DNA of 36,849 nucleotides from Candidatus Methanophagales archaeon. GTDB taxonomy: Archaea; Halobacteriota; Syntropharchaeia; Alkanophagales; Methanospirareceae. Each line of letters starts with the position of its first letter. Position 1 is the first letter of the stretch. Position numbers and translations under genes: made by a program. Under the pieces are notes generated by a model that did no database searches, was not told the origin of the DNA, and was given only the letters and a program-made list of their open reading frames with translations. Shown piece by piece: positions 17,342 through 25,583 of this stretch. The stretch spans positions 1 to 36,849 of the forward strand of contig JAUWNY010000002.1 of the NCBI GenBank assembly GCA_030612405.1, written 5' to 3'.

Positions 17342-18055
17342 ATGTTTATGAAAACTACCGAACAACTGTATTGCATACAGGAAGAAATCGCATCAAAGGC
17401 GATAATAGAAGACAAACTAAGTTTAGAAGGCTTAAAATTAATAGCAGGTGCAGACCAGGCTTTCTTCTACGAATCAAAAAACAATACTGAAAATAAAGAC
17501 AAAGACGAAGCCAAAGATAGACAAGAGAAAATAATATCTGCGGTTGTAGTGCTCGAATACCCCTCCATGAGACTTGTCAATTATTCATACTCGGTGCTGC
17601 CTGTGGATTTTCCTTATATTCCCGGGCTTCTTTCGTTCAGAGAAGCGCCAGCCATAATAGACGCTTTTCACGCACTTGAAAACACAACCAAGCCCGACCT
17701 GTTAGTAATAGATGGTTGCGGGGTAAACCATCCGAGGTTTGCGGGATTAGCCACGCATGTAGGCGTTGTTCTGGACGTAGCGACCGTGGGTGTGGCAAAG
17801 AACCTCCTGTGTGGCAGTGGTGAAGTGCCGATGACCGAAGGCGAAGCGCGTATGATAAAATACAAAGGTAAAGAAATAGGATACTATCTCAAGAGTAAAA
17901 GGGGCTGTAGACCTATAATCGTAGCGCCAGGGCATAAAATATCGCTACAAAGTTCGCTGCGGCTGATAAGAAACTGCATCCGTAAGCATAAACTACCTGA
18001 ACCTACACGAATGGCGCATTTATATGCGAACAAGATAAAGAAGGAATTGGGATAG
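17342..18055 (+). CDS. nfi: Endonuclease V
   Basis: GADQAF, PYIPGLLSFRE, DGCGVNHPR, GVAK, KLPEPTRMAH. Confidence 0.95.
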   Translation: MFMKTTEQLYCIQEEIASKAIIEDKLSLEGLKLIAGADQAFFYESKNNTENKDKDEAKDRQEKIISAVVVLEYPSMRLVNYSYSVLPVDFPYIPGLLSFREAPAIIDAFHALENTTKPDLLVIDGCGVNHPRFAGLATHVGVVLDVATVGVAKNLLCGSGEVPMTEGEARMIKYKGKEIGYYLKSKRGCRPIIVAPGHKISLQSSLRLIRNCIRKHKLPEPTRMAHLYANKIKKELG

Positions 18056-18143
18056 GTTTTAGGTGTTAGGTGTCAGGTTTGAGGTGTTTTAAGCGGTTTA
18101 GAGGCGTAGTTTTTCTTTTTTAGCGGTTTGTTTTTTCCGTTAT

Positions 18144-18269
18144 CTAACGAAATAATAATGCAATCACCGAGCCAATCATTATTAACGCCATCAATATGCC
18201 TATTATCGCTCTCTGCCATCTCCCACTACTTTCTCCCTTCTTCCTGCTCGCTCTCTTATTTTTCACCAT
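18144..18269 (-). CDS. 41-aa single-pass membrane microprotein (absent from the ORF track)
   Basis: MVKNKRASRKKGESSGRWQRAIIGILMALIMIGSVIALLFR; TTTAAATA box about 50 nt upstream. Confidence 0.55.
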   Translation of the reverse strand: MVKNKRASRKKGESSGRWQRAIIGILMALIMIGSVIALLFR

Positions 18270-18376
18270 CTTTTTAGTTTTAGTTTCGTCTCCCCATTTC
18301 TTTTTATCCTTCACTTCATATTTAAATCTTTTCGGATGTTTTTGTTTTGTTTTTGTACAATCCTTTACCGCCTTAC

Positions 18377-18439
18377 AACCACAAGGTTACACAGCTATCC
18401 TATTCCGCATTCCTTCTTTTTTGTGTTAATCTCGTGGTT
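18377..18439. repeat. Degenerate inverted-arm element (same family as 8650)
   Basis: AACCACAAGGTTACACAG ... TGTGTTAATCTCGTGGTT. Confidence 0.65.
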
Positions 18440-18449
18440 TTGTTCTTGT

Positions 18450-18555
18450 TCATTCGAAATCCATCAACGCCGAACAAGCCCGACACCGCACACATCCCGC
18501 CTTGTTCTTTCCATAAAGCCTCTTCTCTCCGCACTTCTCTATCAAAGCTCTCCAC
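18450..18555 (-). pseudogene. Internally deleted remnant of a second copy of the radical SAM gene at 19260
   Basis: Encodes VESFDREVR and KNKAGCVRCRACSALMDFE*, versus VECFDRAVL and KNKAGCVRCRACSALSDFE* in the intact gene. Confidence 0.8.
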
Positions 18556-18563
18556 AGACATAT

Positions 18564-18956
18564 TCAGTATGTCTCGATATTCAATTCTCTTATGCGAGAG
18601 AAGTGCTCGACATTTCTGGTGAGAATTGTCTCATTATTGACAATGGCAATTCCTGCTATCATGGCATCTTCTGGGTCTATCATCTCCCCTCCTTTGATCA
18701 GTCTACCCTGCACTTCCCCAGCTTTTGGTGCACTTTTCGCGTTCAAATCTAAAATGGTCGCAGAGGTCAACACATCGAGAACTTTCCTTTTTTCTTTCTC
18801 TGGCTTATCGCTTAGTGTTATCCCTACATAGAGTTCATAGAGTGTTGGTGAGGCTATGTTTTGTATGGTTTTGTTTTCCTCCAGCTCCTTTAATTTCCTT
18901 ACCGCTGAAGAATCCGCTTTCATCAAATCAATAAGGAAAGTAGTATCCAGGATCAT
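18564..18956 (-). CDS. vapC: VapC PIN-domain toxin
   Basis: MILDTTFLID, YELYVG, EDAMIAGIA, TRNVEHF acidic residues intact. Confidence 0.93.
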   Translation of the reverse strand: MILDTTFLIDLMKADSSAVRKLKELEENKTIQNIASPTLYELYVGITLSDKPEKEKRKVLDVLTSATILDLNAKSAPKAGEVQGRLIKGGEMIDPEDAMIAGIAIVNNETILTRNVEHFSRIRELNIETY

Positions 18957-19192
18957 TATTTTACCATCTCCTCCACGATCTTCCGTGATCTAACTCTGCT
19001 CTTTTCTCGCATTTCCCTGATAACTTTTTCCATCTCTTCAGCCTCTCCTGCTTTGAGAAATCCAACTATATTCAGCAAAGATTTCTTTTCGGTTAAGCGA
19101 TTAAGAACATCGTTGAAACTTTCTCCCTCTCCTTTCTCTGCCTCCAATCTTGCATATACCCCTTCCGATATTGATATGCTCCTCTCACTCAT
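18956..19192 (-). CDS. vapB: VapB antitoxin (DUF217 type)
   Basis: SISISEGVYARL...GESFNDVLNRL; TAATG overlap with vapC. Confidence 0.88.
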   Translation of the reverse strand: MSERSISISEGVYARLEAEKGEGESFNDVLNRLTEKKSLLNIVGFLKAGEAEEMEKVIREMREKSRVRSRKIVEEMVK

Positions 19193-19259
19193 TTTTTCCT
19201 CCTCTGCATTATGCTTATTCTGTAATCAATTTAAATTTTTCAGTTTTAGTATGAAAAGA

Positions 19260-20336
19260 TTACTCGAAATCCGACAGCGCCGAACAAGCCCGACATCGCA
19301 CACATCCTGCCTTGTTCTTCATCCAGCTCACCCCTTCATCATGCAATATCTCCGCCACTTGTTCATATATATACCGCATCCTGCCGGGACTCGGCGGTTT
19401 CGCATTCTCCAGCATTGAACCCGGTATAGGACGCAGCGGCGTAATGAACGGATAAACACCCAGCTCAGCCAATAACTTACTACCTGCTATTATTGAAGCA
19501 TCGCTTTCGCCCACGCCTGCAATTACGTAACTGCTCACCTGACAATCGCCAAAAATGCCCACACTCCGTTTCCACGCATCCACATAATGCTGAAACGGTA
19601 TTTCAACCTTACTTGGAGCCAGCTCTTTCAGTACTGCTCTATCAAAACACTCCACGTGTATGCCTACCGTATCCACGGAATCGTAAAGAACGTCAATCAT
19701 ACTGAGCTCCTTCGGCGGTTCGAACTGAACATGGATAGGCAAGCCCGTTGCTTCTTTTATCGCGTTCGCTGTTTTTGCAAGGTAGTTTATTCCCTTGTCG
19801 GGACTGGGTGTTGTGCCCGTAGTAAGCGTAACATGCGTCACATGGTCCAATCTTTTCGCAGCAATTGCCACTTCGGCAAGCTGTTCCGGTTTCTTCATCG
19901 CTATTGTCGCTCCACTCTTCAATGATAGTTCAATTGCACAGAACTTACACCGCTTTGGTGTGTTCCAGTATACGCAAGTTTGTATCGTGGTAGTGGCTAA
20001 GCAGTCCGCACCGTGCAGAAGAGCGATTTTATAGTATGGTATGCCATCCTCGGTTTTGAGTGCTTGAAACTTCGCATGTGGAAACTCGACTTCGGTGATT
20101 TGCTCACCATCACCATCACCATCCCTCATTATTACGTAGTTACCATTCTCTGCAGCTACGCTATACGGCGACTGAGACACGAACCAGCTCTGCGTTGGCA
20201 CGTTCGCTACCGTGCCGCCAAACAGGAACATCCCACCAGCAGCGGGACCCGCACCCCCTTTCCTGCCTTTATCTAAACCCGGTACTCTCGCACCCAGACA
20301 TAACAATTCCGTTTTCAGAGCTTTTGTTTCCATCAT
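19260..20336 (-). CDS. Radical SAM protein, MSMEG_0568/NitC-like family
   Basis: RKGGAGPA, LHGADCLATT, CX8CX2C motif (CVYWNTPKRCKFC), PLRPIPGS, C-terminal AGCVRCRACS. Confidence 0.85.
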   Translation of the reverse strand: MMETKALKTELLCLGARVPGLDKGRKGGAGPAAGGMFLFGGTVANVPTQSWFVSQSPYSVAAENGNYVIMRDGDGDGEQITEVEFPHAKFQALKTEDGIPYYKIALLHGADCLATTTIQTCVYWNTPKRCKFCAIELSLKSGATIAMKKPEQLAEVAIAAKRLDHVTHVTLTTGTTPSPDKGINYLAKTANAIKEATGLPIHVQFEPPKELSMIDVLYDSVDTVGIHVECFDRAVLKELAPSKVEIPFQHYVDAWKRSVGIFGDCQVSSYVIAGVGESDASIIAGSKLLAELGVYPFITPLRPIPGSMLENAKPPSPGRMRYIYEQVAEILHDEGVSWMKNKAGCVRCRACSALSDFE

Positions 20337-20359
20337 GTTCTATAAGATTGGTTGCAAAT

Positions 20360-20552
20360 GTATAACTTCCTTCTTTTTAAGACACAGATTTACATAGATT
20401 AAGCGAGTTTAGAGGTTTAGCTCGTTAGCGGCTCAGTCCCTTTGACCAAAACGCTAAACCACCAAACCGCTAAACCGCTAAACCGCTATATTATCATCTG
20501 TGTTAATCTGTGTAATCTGTGGTTAATATTTTTTCATGTTAATCTCGTGGTT
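20360..20552. repeat. Composite repeat: 9-mer inverted arms enclosing 8-mer (AAACCGCT) inverted arms
   Basis: ACACAGATTTACATAGATT ... GGTTTAGC ... (AAACCGCT)x3 ... ATCTGTGTTAATCTGTGTAATCTGTGGTT. Confidence 0.75.
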
Positions 20553-20568
20553 TATTAATTGCAATTTG

Positions 20569-21306
20569 TTACTTCGTTCGTAGGCGAAGCAAAGGCACAG
20601 GGATACTCCCATCATGGACTGCGGTAGCAACCAGAGCGCCTTTTACGCCTATCTCTTGCATCTTATCTACATCTTCACAACCGCTAACGCCGCCACCACA
20701 CAGGATGTTATGTTCTGAGGCGTCAACGGCACGAGCGAGGAAATCGAAGTCTATCCCGCTTTTTGTTCCTACTCTGTCCAGTTCCAGCACGATTACGTCC
20801 CGTACACCGCGATACTCGTTCAACTCGTTTAGTAGCAGCAGCGGGTCCGTCTGCACGTGTTTATCCTTCGTCAGCACTTGTTTATTGAAAAGATCAACGC
20901 TTACGCTTACGTTTATGTCTAAATTCTCGTTTTTCGATACCTCGTCAATCAATTCCATAGACGCCGTTTCTGTTCCTAAAATGATACTATCGGCGATTTC
21001 AGCTTCAGCAGCTTCTTCCAGGTCGGCTACCGTTTTTACACCATAATCTACCATTATTCTCGCTTTTCTGTTAGTATCCCTTATCTCCTTTATTATCCCT
21101 TTATTAGAACCCGTGCCCATAAGCCTGTTCAGGTCAGCGATATAAACATCCGCAGGTTTTAGCTCTTCTATGATACGGACAGGGTCCGAGGAGTCAACGA
21201 TAGAACTGAAGAGATGAACTGGCTCGTATTTCTCTCGCTCTCCTCGCTTCGCATGCACTACTACACCGTCGAGCAAATCCAGCACAAAAATCAGTCTGAA
21301 GTTCAT
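20569..21306 (-). CDS. HisA/HisF-related TIM-barrel protein (methanogen/H4MPT-linked hisAF_rel type)
   Basis: IFVLDLLDGVVVHAKRGEREKY, YIADLN, LELDRVGT, GGGV, GALVATAVH; probable start ATG 21306. Confidence 0.85.
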   Translation of the reverse strand: MNFRLIFVLDLLDGVVVHAKRGEREKYEPVHLFSSIVDSSDPVRIIEELKPADVYIADLNRLMGTGSNKGIIKEIRDTNRKARIMVDYGVKTVADLEEAAEAEIADSIILGTETASMELIDEVSKNENLDINVSVSVDLFNKQVLTKDKHVQTDPLLLLNELNEYRGVRDVIVLELDRVGTKSGIDFDFLARAVDASEHNILCGGGVSGCEDVDKMQEIGVKGALVATAVHDGSIPVPLLRLRTK

Positions 21307-21339
21307 GGTTCTATAATTATAGTCATTCCGAAAATAATT

Positions 21340-21371
21340 AACCACAAGATTACACAGATTTTCACAAGATT
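21340..21371. repeat. Solo arm of the 9-mer repeat family
   Basis: AACCACAAGATTACACAGATTTTCACAAGATT. Confidence 0.7.
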
Positions 21372-21407
21372 ATTTATAAAACTTTGTTGTTTTATTTATT
21401 TAGAAGA

Positions 21408-22730
21408 ATGCGAATAGAAAGAGCCCGAGGCACGAGAGATTTCTTGCCTGAGGAGATGAGGAAGAGACGAACAATGGAAGCGCGGATGCGAGACATCGCA
21501 GAGAAATGGGGCTATGGAGAGATACAAACACCCAGTTTTGAGCGCTCTGAACTGTTCACGGTTAAATCAGGCGAGGGAATCCTGAAGGAAATGTATGAAT
21601 TCCGCGACAAGGGCGGCAGGCATTTAGCACTGCGACCTGAACTTACCGCTCCGGTGATAAGAATGTACGTTAACGAGCTGAAGATGGCGCCGAAACCGAC
21701 GAAGGTTTATTATTTCGGCAATTGCTTCAGGTATGAAGAGCCGCAGAAGTCGCGTTACCGGGAGTTCTGGCAGTTCGGCGCTGAGATAATCGGGTCTGAC
21801 CGACCGGAGGCGCAAGCGGAAATAATCGCACTCGCTTACCATATTTTGGAGGGTTTAGGCATACACATAAAGGCAGAGCTGTACGTGGGTCATGTAGGTC
21901 TGATAAGAGAAGTATTACGAGCTGCAAATGTCGAGGCGGAGAGGATAAACAGCGTGATGAGATTAATAGACAAAGGAGAAAGAGAAGAGGTAATCGAGCT
22001 TTTGCGTGAGACGGGTGCAAAAAAGGACTTGATTGATGATTTGATAAGCCTGGTGGATTTAAAGGTAAAGGTAAAGGGTAAAGATGCACTAAAGGAAGCA
22101 CGTGAGCGCGAAATAATTGTTTCTGACAGCGATGCGGCGAAGGAATTGGAGATGCTGCTGCAAATACTCGATTATTACGGCGTTGTATATACTTTAAACC
22201 CTGGAATAGCCCGTGGTCTGGATTATTACACGGGAATGGTATTTGAGATATACGAAACAGGAGGCAGGTTAGGCGCACAGAATCAGATATGCGGTGGCGG
22301 TTCCTATCGGCTGGCTACTTTGTTCGGCGGTGATGACACGCCTTCTACGGGTTTTGCTTTTGGCTTTGACCGGTTAGCAGAACTATTCCCACAAGAAACA
22401 TCGGATTTGAAGCGAGGTGGAGTAGTAGCGGTGGTGATGCCGATACGAGAAAAAAATGCAGACCCGACGGCGGAGGTAGTTGAAGAGGCGATAAAAATAG
22501 CGTCCAGGCTGAGAGAACACATTCCCACGTATATAGACGTGATGAGCAGGAATCTGAGCGCTCAGTTATCTTATGCCAATGCCCTTAATGCTTTGTTTGC
22601 CGTGCTTGTAGGCAGAACCGAAATAAGAGAAGGGAAAGTAACAGTGAGAAATTTAGAGACGGGAGAGCAAGAGAAAATAGGCGTAGAGGAATGCGTTAAA
22701 AAGATAAAAGCGTATTTCGCTGTGGACTGA
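21408..22730 (+). CDS. hisS: Histidine-tRNA ligase
   Basis: RGTRDFLP, LRPELT, FRYEEPQ..RYREFWQ, ARGLDYYTG, GGGSY. Confidence 0.97.
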   Translation: MRIERARGTRDFLPEEMRKRRTMEARMRDIAEKWGYGEIQTPSFERSELFTVKSGEGILKEMYEFRDKGGRHLALRPELTAPVIRMYVNELKMAPKPTKVYYFGNCFRYEEPQKSRYREFWQFGAEIIGSDRPEAQAEIIALAYHILEGLGIHIKAELYVGHVGLIREVLRAANVEAERINSVMRLIDKGEREEVIELLRETGAKKDLIDDLISLVDLKVKVKGKDALKEAREREIIVSDSDAAKELEMLLQILDYYGVVYTLNPGIARGLDYYTGMVFEIYETGGRLGAQNQICGGGSYRLATLFGGDDTPSTGFAFGFDRLAELFPQETSDLKRGGVVAVVMPIREKNADPTAEVVEEAIKIASRLREHIPTYIDVMSRNLSAQLSYANALNALFAVLVGRTEIREGKVTVRNLETGEQEKIGVEECVKKIKAYFAVD

Positions 22731-22734
22731 ACTG

Positions 22735-22803
22735 ATAGCGGGTTAGCGGTATAGCGGTTTGGCGGATTAGCTAACGAGCTGAACCGCTAATAAACTAAAC
22801 CTC
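22735..22803. repeat. 8-mer (TAGCGGTT) tandem/inverted repeat between convergent hisS and purM
   Basis: TAGCGGGTTAGCGGTATAGCGGTTTGGCGG ... AACCGCTA; related to 20402-20488. Confidence 0.65.
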
Positions 22804-23781
22804 TAATTTCACATCCCCTACTTTTATCCCTCTCGCCCGCTCCACGACTTCACCCACGATTTTGCCCCCTGTTACCCGGATAGCTTCCTGCTCCTCGCTT
22901 TTCGGAATTACTACCGCGAAGCCCATACCCATATTGAACGTTTTATACATCTCTTCATCTGTTATATTGCCAAGTTCCTGAATGAATTTGAATATGTCAT
23001 TCGGCACTAAAGGGTCGTGGATGTCGAAGCCGAGGTACGTGATTCTTCGCAGTTTCAGAAACCCACTGCCCGTTATATGTGCCAAGCCATGCACTTCACA
23101 CCTTTCCAGCAGCTCTAAAACCTCTGTATATATCCTCGTTGGCGTGAGTAACTCTTCACCTATGCTTATCGAAGGATTGTATTCAAAGGGGGAATTGTAA
23201 TCCAACCCTGCTGCTTCTATTACTTTCCTCGCGAGTGTTAACCCATTGCTGTGTATTCCCGAACTTTTCAGCCCCAGAACCAGGTCGCCTATTTCTATCT
23301 TTTCGCCTCGTATTACCCTATCCTTTGAAACATATCCTACGCAAGTTCCAGAAAGGTCTAAATCGTTTACCAGTTCTGGTAGTATCGCCGTTTCACCACC
23401 CACGATAGAAATATCCGCAATTCGCGCTCCTTCTTCTAATCCCTTGCCTATTTCCGCGGCAATTAACTCATCTGGCTTTTCCATCGCGAGATAATCAACA
23501 AACGCAATGGGCGTTGCCCCTACACAGTAAACATCGTTGACATTCATCGCGATGCAGTCTATACTGATGGTATCCCATTTGTTTAGCTCTGCAGCAATCA
23601 GGACTTTCGACCCGACACCATCGGTGGAAATAGCGAGCAGATGCTGCGTATCAAAAGGGAGTTCAAAAAGGCCGGAAAACCCTTTTAACTCCTTTATCCG
23701 GGTCATCTCCGCGGATAGCGCCTTTACAACTCCTTGTTCCTTTTTTATGTCCACGCCTGCTTTTGCGTATGTCCACGGCAT
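22795..23781 (-). CDS. purM: Phosphoribosylformylglycinamidine cyclo-ligase (AIR synthetase)
   Basis: YAKAGVDI, DGVGSK, GGETA, SSGIHSNG, HITGSG, FNMGMG. Confidence 0.97.
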   Translation of the reverse strand: MPWTYAKAGVDIKKEQGVVKALSAEMTRIKELKGFSGLFELPFDTQHLLAISTDGVGSKVLIAAELNKWDTISIDCIAMNVNDVYCVGATPIAFVDYLAMEKPDELIAAEIGKGLEEGARIADISIVGGETAILPELVNDLDLSGTCVGYVSKDRVIRGEKIEIGDLVLGLKSSGIHSNGLTLARKVIEAAGLDYNSPFEYNPSISIGEELLTPTRIYTEVLELLERCEVHGLAHITGSGFLKLRRITYLGFDIHDPLVPNDIFKFIQELGNITDEEMYKTFNMGMGFAVVIPKSEEQEAIRVTGGKIVGEVVERARGIKVGDVKLEV

Positions 23782-23800
23782 AGAAAAGAAAAAGTAGTTG

Positions 23801-23956
23801 TGGTATATTAAAGTATAACTTCTACCTATTTAGGACGCAGATTTAGCGGATTTACGCAGAAAACTATTTCCTCAAATTATCAAATGCCTTACGTTTTTTA
23901 AAATCCTGATTATCTGCGTTCATCTGCGTCCGATTTTCAAAAATTATTCTTTCTTG
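23801..23956. mobile_element. Minimal derivative of the GxxExxY inverted-arm element
   Basis: Both ends near-identical to 15011-15297; interior reduced to an in-frame 19-aa fusion MNADNQDFK-KRKAFDNLRK* (23864-23923, minus). Confidence 0.72.
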
Positions 23957-25122
23957 TGTCTCACACACGCTTTTATACGCTCGACATTGCTCATCGCTTC
24001 AGCAACCGCTTCTTCTCTACTATCGCCAATCCCTATTCCCGTGGCAATGGGTTCTCCCTGCTTTACAATTCTGCCTTTTTCCGGAATGTCCACTATTCCT
24101 TGCACATCCCTATCTAAATTTCCCATCACTACCCCTTCTTGTCTTGCAAACACAATCGTTTTTGCAGCATATCTTTTCGCTTCCACTTGTTCTACGAGTA
24201 AATCCCCTCTTACCGCTTTCATAGACGCATCAACTAAATTCAAATTTAGACCTGTGGAAAGCTCAACAGTGTCCAGGCTTCCTTGAAACCGTGGGTTCAC
24301 TTCTATTACGAAAGGTACATCGTCAGTAACAACAAAATCAATCCCGTTAGAGCCTACCAGCCCTAATTCAGTCGTTAAGAACTCGGCAATTTCACACATC
24401 TGCTCTGAAGATTTTGTTACAAACGGGGAGATGTTCCCGCAGTAGGCAAAGGGTCCGGGAGCGTAAACCGAATCCAGACCTATCAACTGCTCATTCACGG
24501 ATACCGAAATCGCCTCATGCTCGGTTGAAATGAGCGATACAGAGGCATGCGTTCCATTTATGTATTCCTGGAATAAGAAATCAGGAAAAAGTTTAGCCCA
24601 GTGAATCAACCCCTTTTCATCAATACAAAAGAAATTAGCCGTTCCCCCACCGCCATAAACGGGTTTTGCCACCACGGGATAGTGAAAGTCTTTCAGTTTC
24701 GCTTTTTCTTCCCATTCTCCTTCTCCTTCCGCTATTTCTCTGCCCGTATAGCTAAGAGGATGCGGGATACCTAAATCGTCTAATCGCGATGAAAGCCATG
24801 CTTTATTCGATACTTCTCTCGTCTTCTCCGGTGTGTTCCCCACTATCTTTTTCCTATCCTTAACAGTTAAGAACCCGAAATCCGCACTCTCAAACCCTGA
24901 GCCTATAATTATACCGTCAGCTTCTTCTACCTCCGCTTTAAGGTGTTTGACGTCAGCGTGAAGCTGAAGCGGATTCAGAGGGAAATATCTGGTGGCACAT
25001 CTCCTCGTATCTATATCGCCAAAAGCATCGGCAGCATACATCTCATAGCCCGCCCTGCTGCCGGAACATACGATATGCCTGACGGAATATCCGATTGCCA
25101 ATATTTTTCTTGTTTGGTGCAT
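23944..25122 (-). CDS. ATP-grasp carboligase (COG2232/MJ0776-like)
   Basis: DAFGDID, KPVYGGGG, FQEYING, GSNGIDF, IEVNPRFQGS. Confidence 0.85.
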   Translation of the reverse strand: MHQTRKILAIGYSVRHIVCSGSRAGYEMYAADAFGDIDTRRCATRYFPLNPLQLHADVKHLKAEVEEADGIIIGSGFESADFGFLTVKDRKKIVGNTPEKTREVSNKAWLSSRLDDLGIPHPLSYTGREIAEGEGEWEEKAKLKDFHYPVVAKPVYGGGGTANFFCIDEKGLIHWAKLFPDFLFQEYINGTHASVSLISTEHEAISVSVNEQLIGLDSVYAPGPFAYCGNISPFVTKSSEQMCEIAEFLTTELGLVGSNGIDFVVTDDVPFVIEVNPRFQGSLDTVELSTGLNLNLVDASMKAVRGDLLVEQVEAKRYAAKTIVFARQEGVVMGNLDRDVQGIVDIPEKGRIVKQGEPIATGIGIGDSREEAVAEAMSNVERIKACVRHKKE

Positions 25123-25156
25123 GTTTGCCTAATGCTTATCGTAGAGCTTTTTTTAA

Positions 25157-25308
25157 TTGTATATAAAGTATAACTTCCTTCTATTTGAGACACGGATTTA
25201 CACGGACTTATTTTAATTTAACATTGTTGATTTTTATCATCTGTGTTAATTAAGCCCTTTCTTGGCTTGCGGAGACGTGGGCAGAGCCCACGAGCGTTAA
25301 TCTGTGTC
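25157..25308. repeat. Inverted-arm element whose right arm is interrupted by a 45-bp hairpin insertion
   Basis: Head TTGTATATAAAGTATAAC, ACACGGATTTACACGGA; GTTAAT repeated at 25245-25250 and 25296-25301. Confidence 0.7.
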
Positions 25309-25331
25309 AACGATTTATTTTCTTGTGAAAC

Positions 25332-25348
25332 CGAAAAGCTTTTATACC
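25332..25348 (+). promoter_or_regulatory. BRE-TATA promoter of the giant surface-protein gene
   Basis: CGAAAAGC-TTTTATAC matches the archaeal consensus, about 240 nt before the ATG. Confidence 0.6.
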
Positions 25349-25583
25349 CCTAAGTAAGAAATATGTTTTTATGGTAACAGCAGGTAAGATGAAGGGGGGA
25401 GAACATCAGAGAAAAAGGTGAAGAAAAGGGGAAAAATATGTTTCCCCCTCCTTCCTTTCTCCGCCCCTTCATGGGTAGGGTATAGCCGGATAGGCAATAG
25501 GCAAGTAGCCAATAGGAAACGGGGAAATTTTCCCTATTTGGCTATTCCCCATTCGCTAAGAAGAAGAAGGTGAACGGGAGAAA

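Noticed and set aside
18450-19330. Diverged repeat pair as a diversity-generating retroelement TR/VR
   Set aside because: Differences are mostly synonymous and not adenine-specific; no reverse transcriptase in the window
20360-20552. Short repeats as a possible CRISPR array
   Set aside because: Units are 8-9 bp, tandem and inverted, without unique spacers; no cas genes in the window
22795-23781. purM as the AIR-synthase-like Nit1C partner of the radical SAM gene
   Set aside because: It has canonical PurM motifs and is separated by hisS and the TIM-barrel gene
23944-25122. ATP-grasp enzyme as the glutathionylspermidine-synthase-like partner of the Psp/polyamine locus
   Set aside because: Motifs fit COG2232, it lies over 9 kb away among housekeeping genes, and GSP-synthase signatures are not evident
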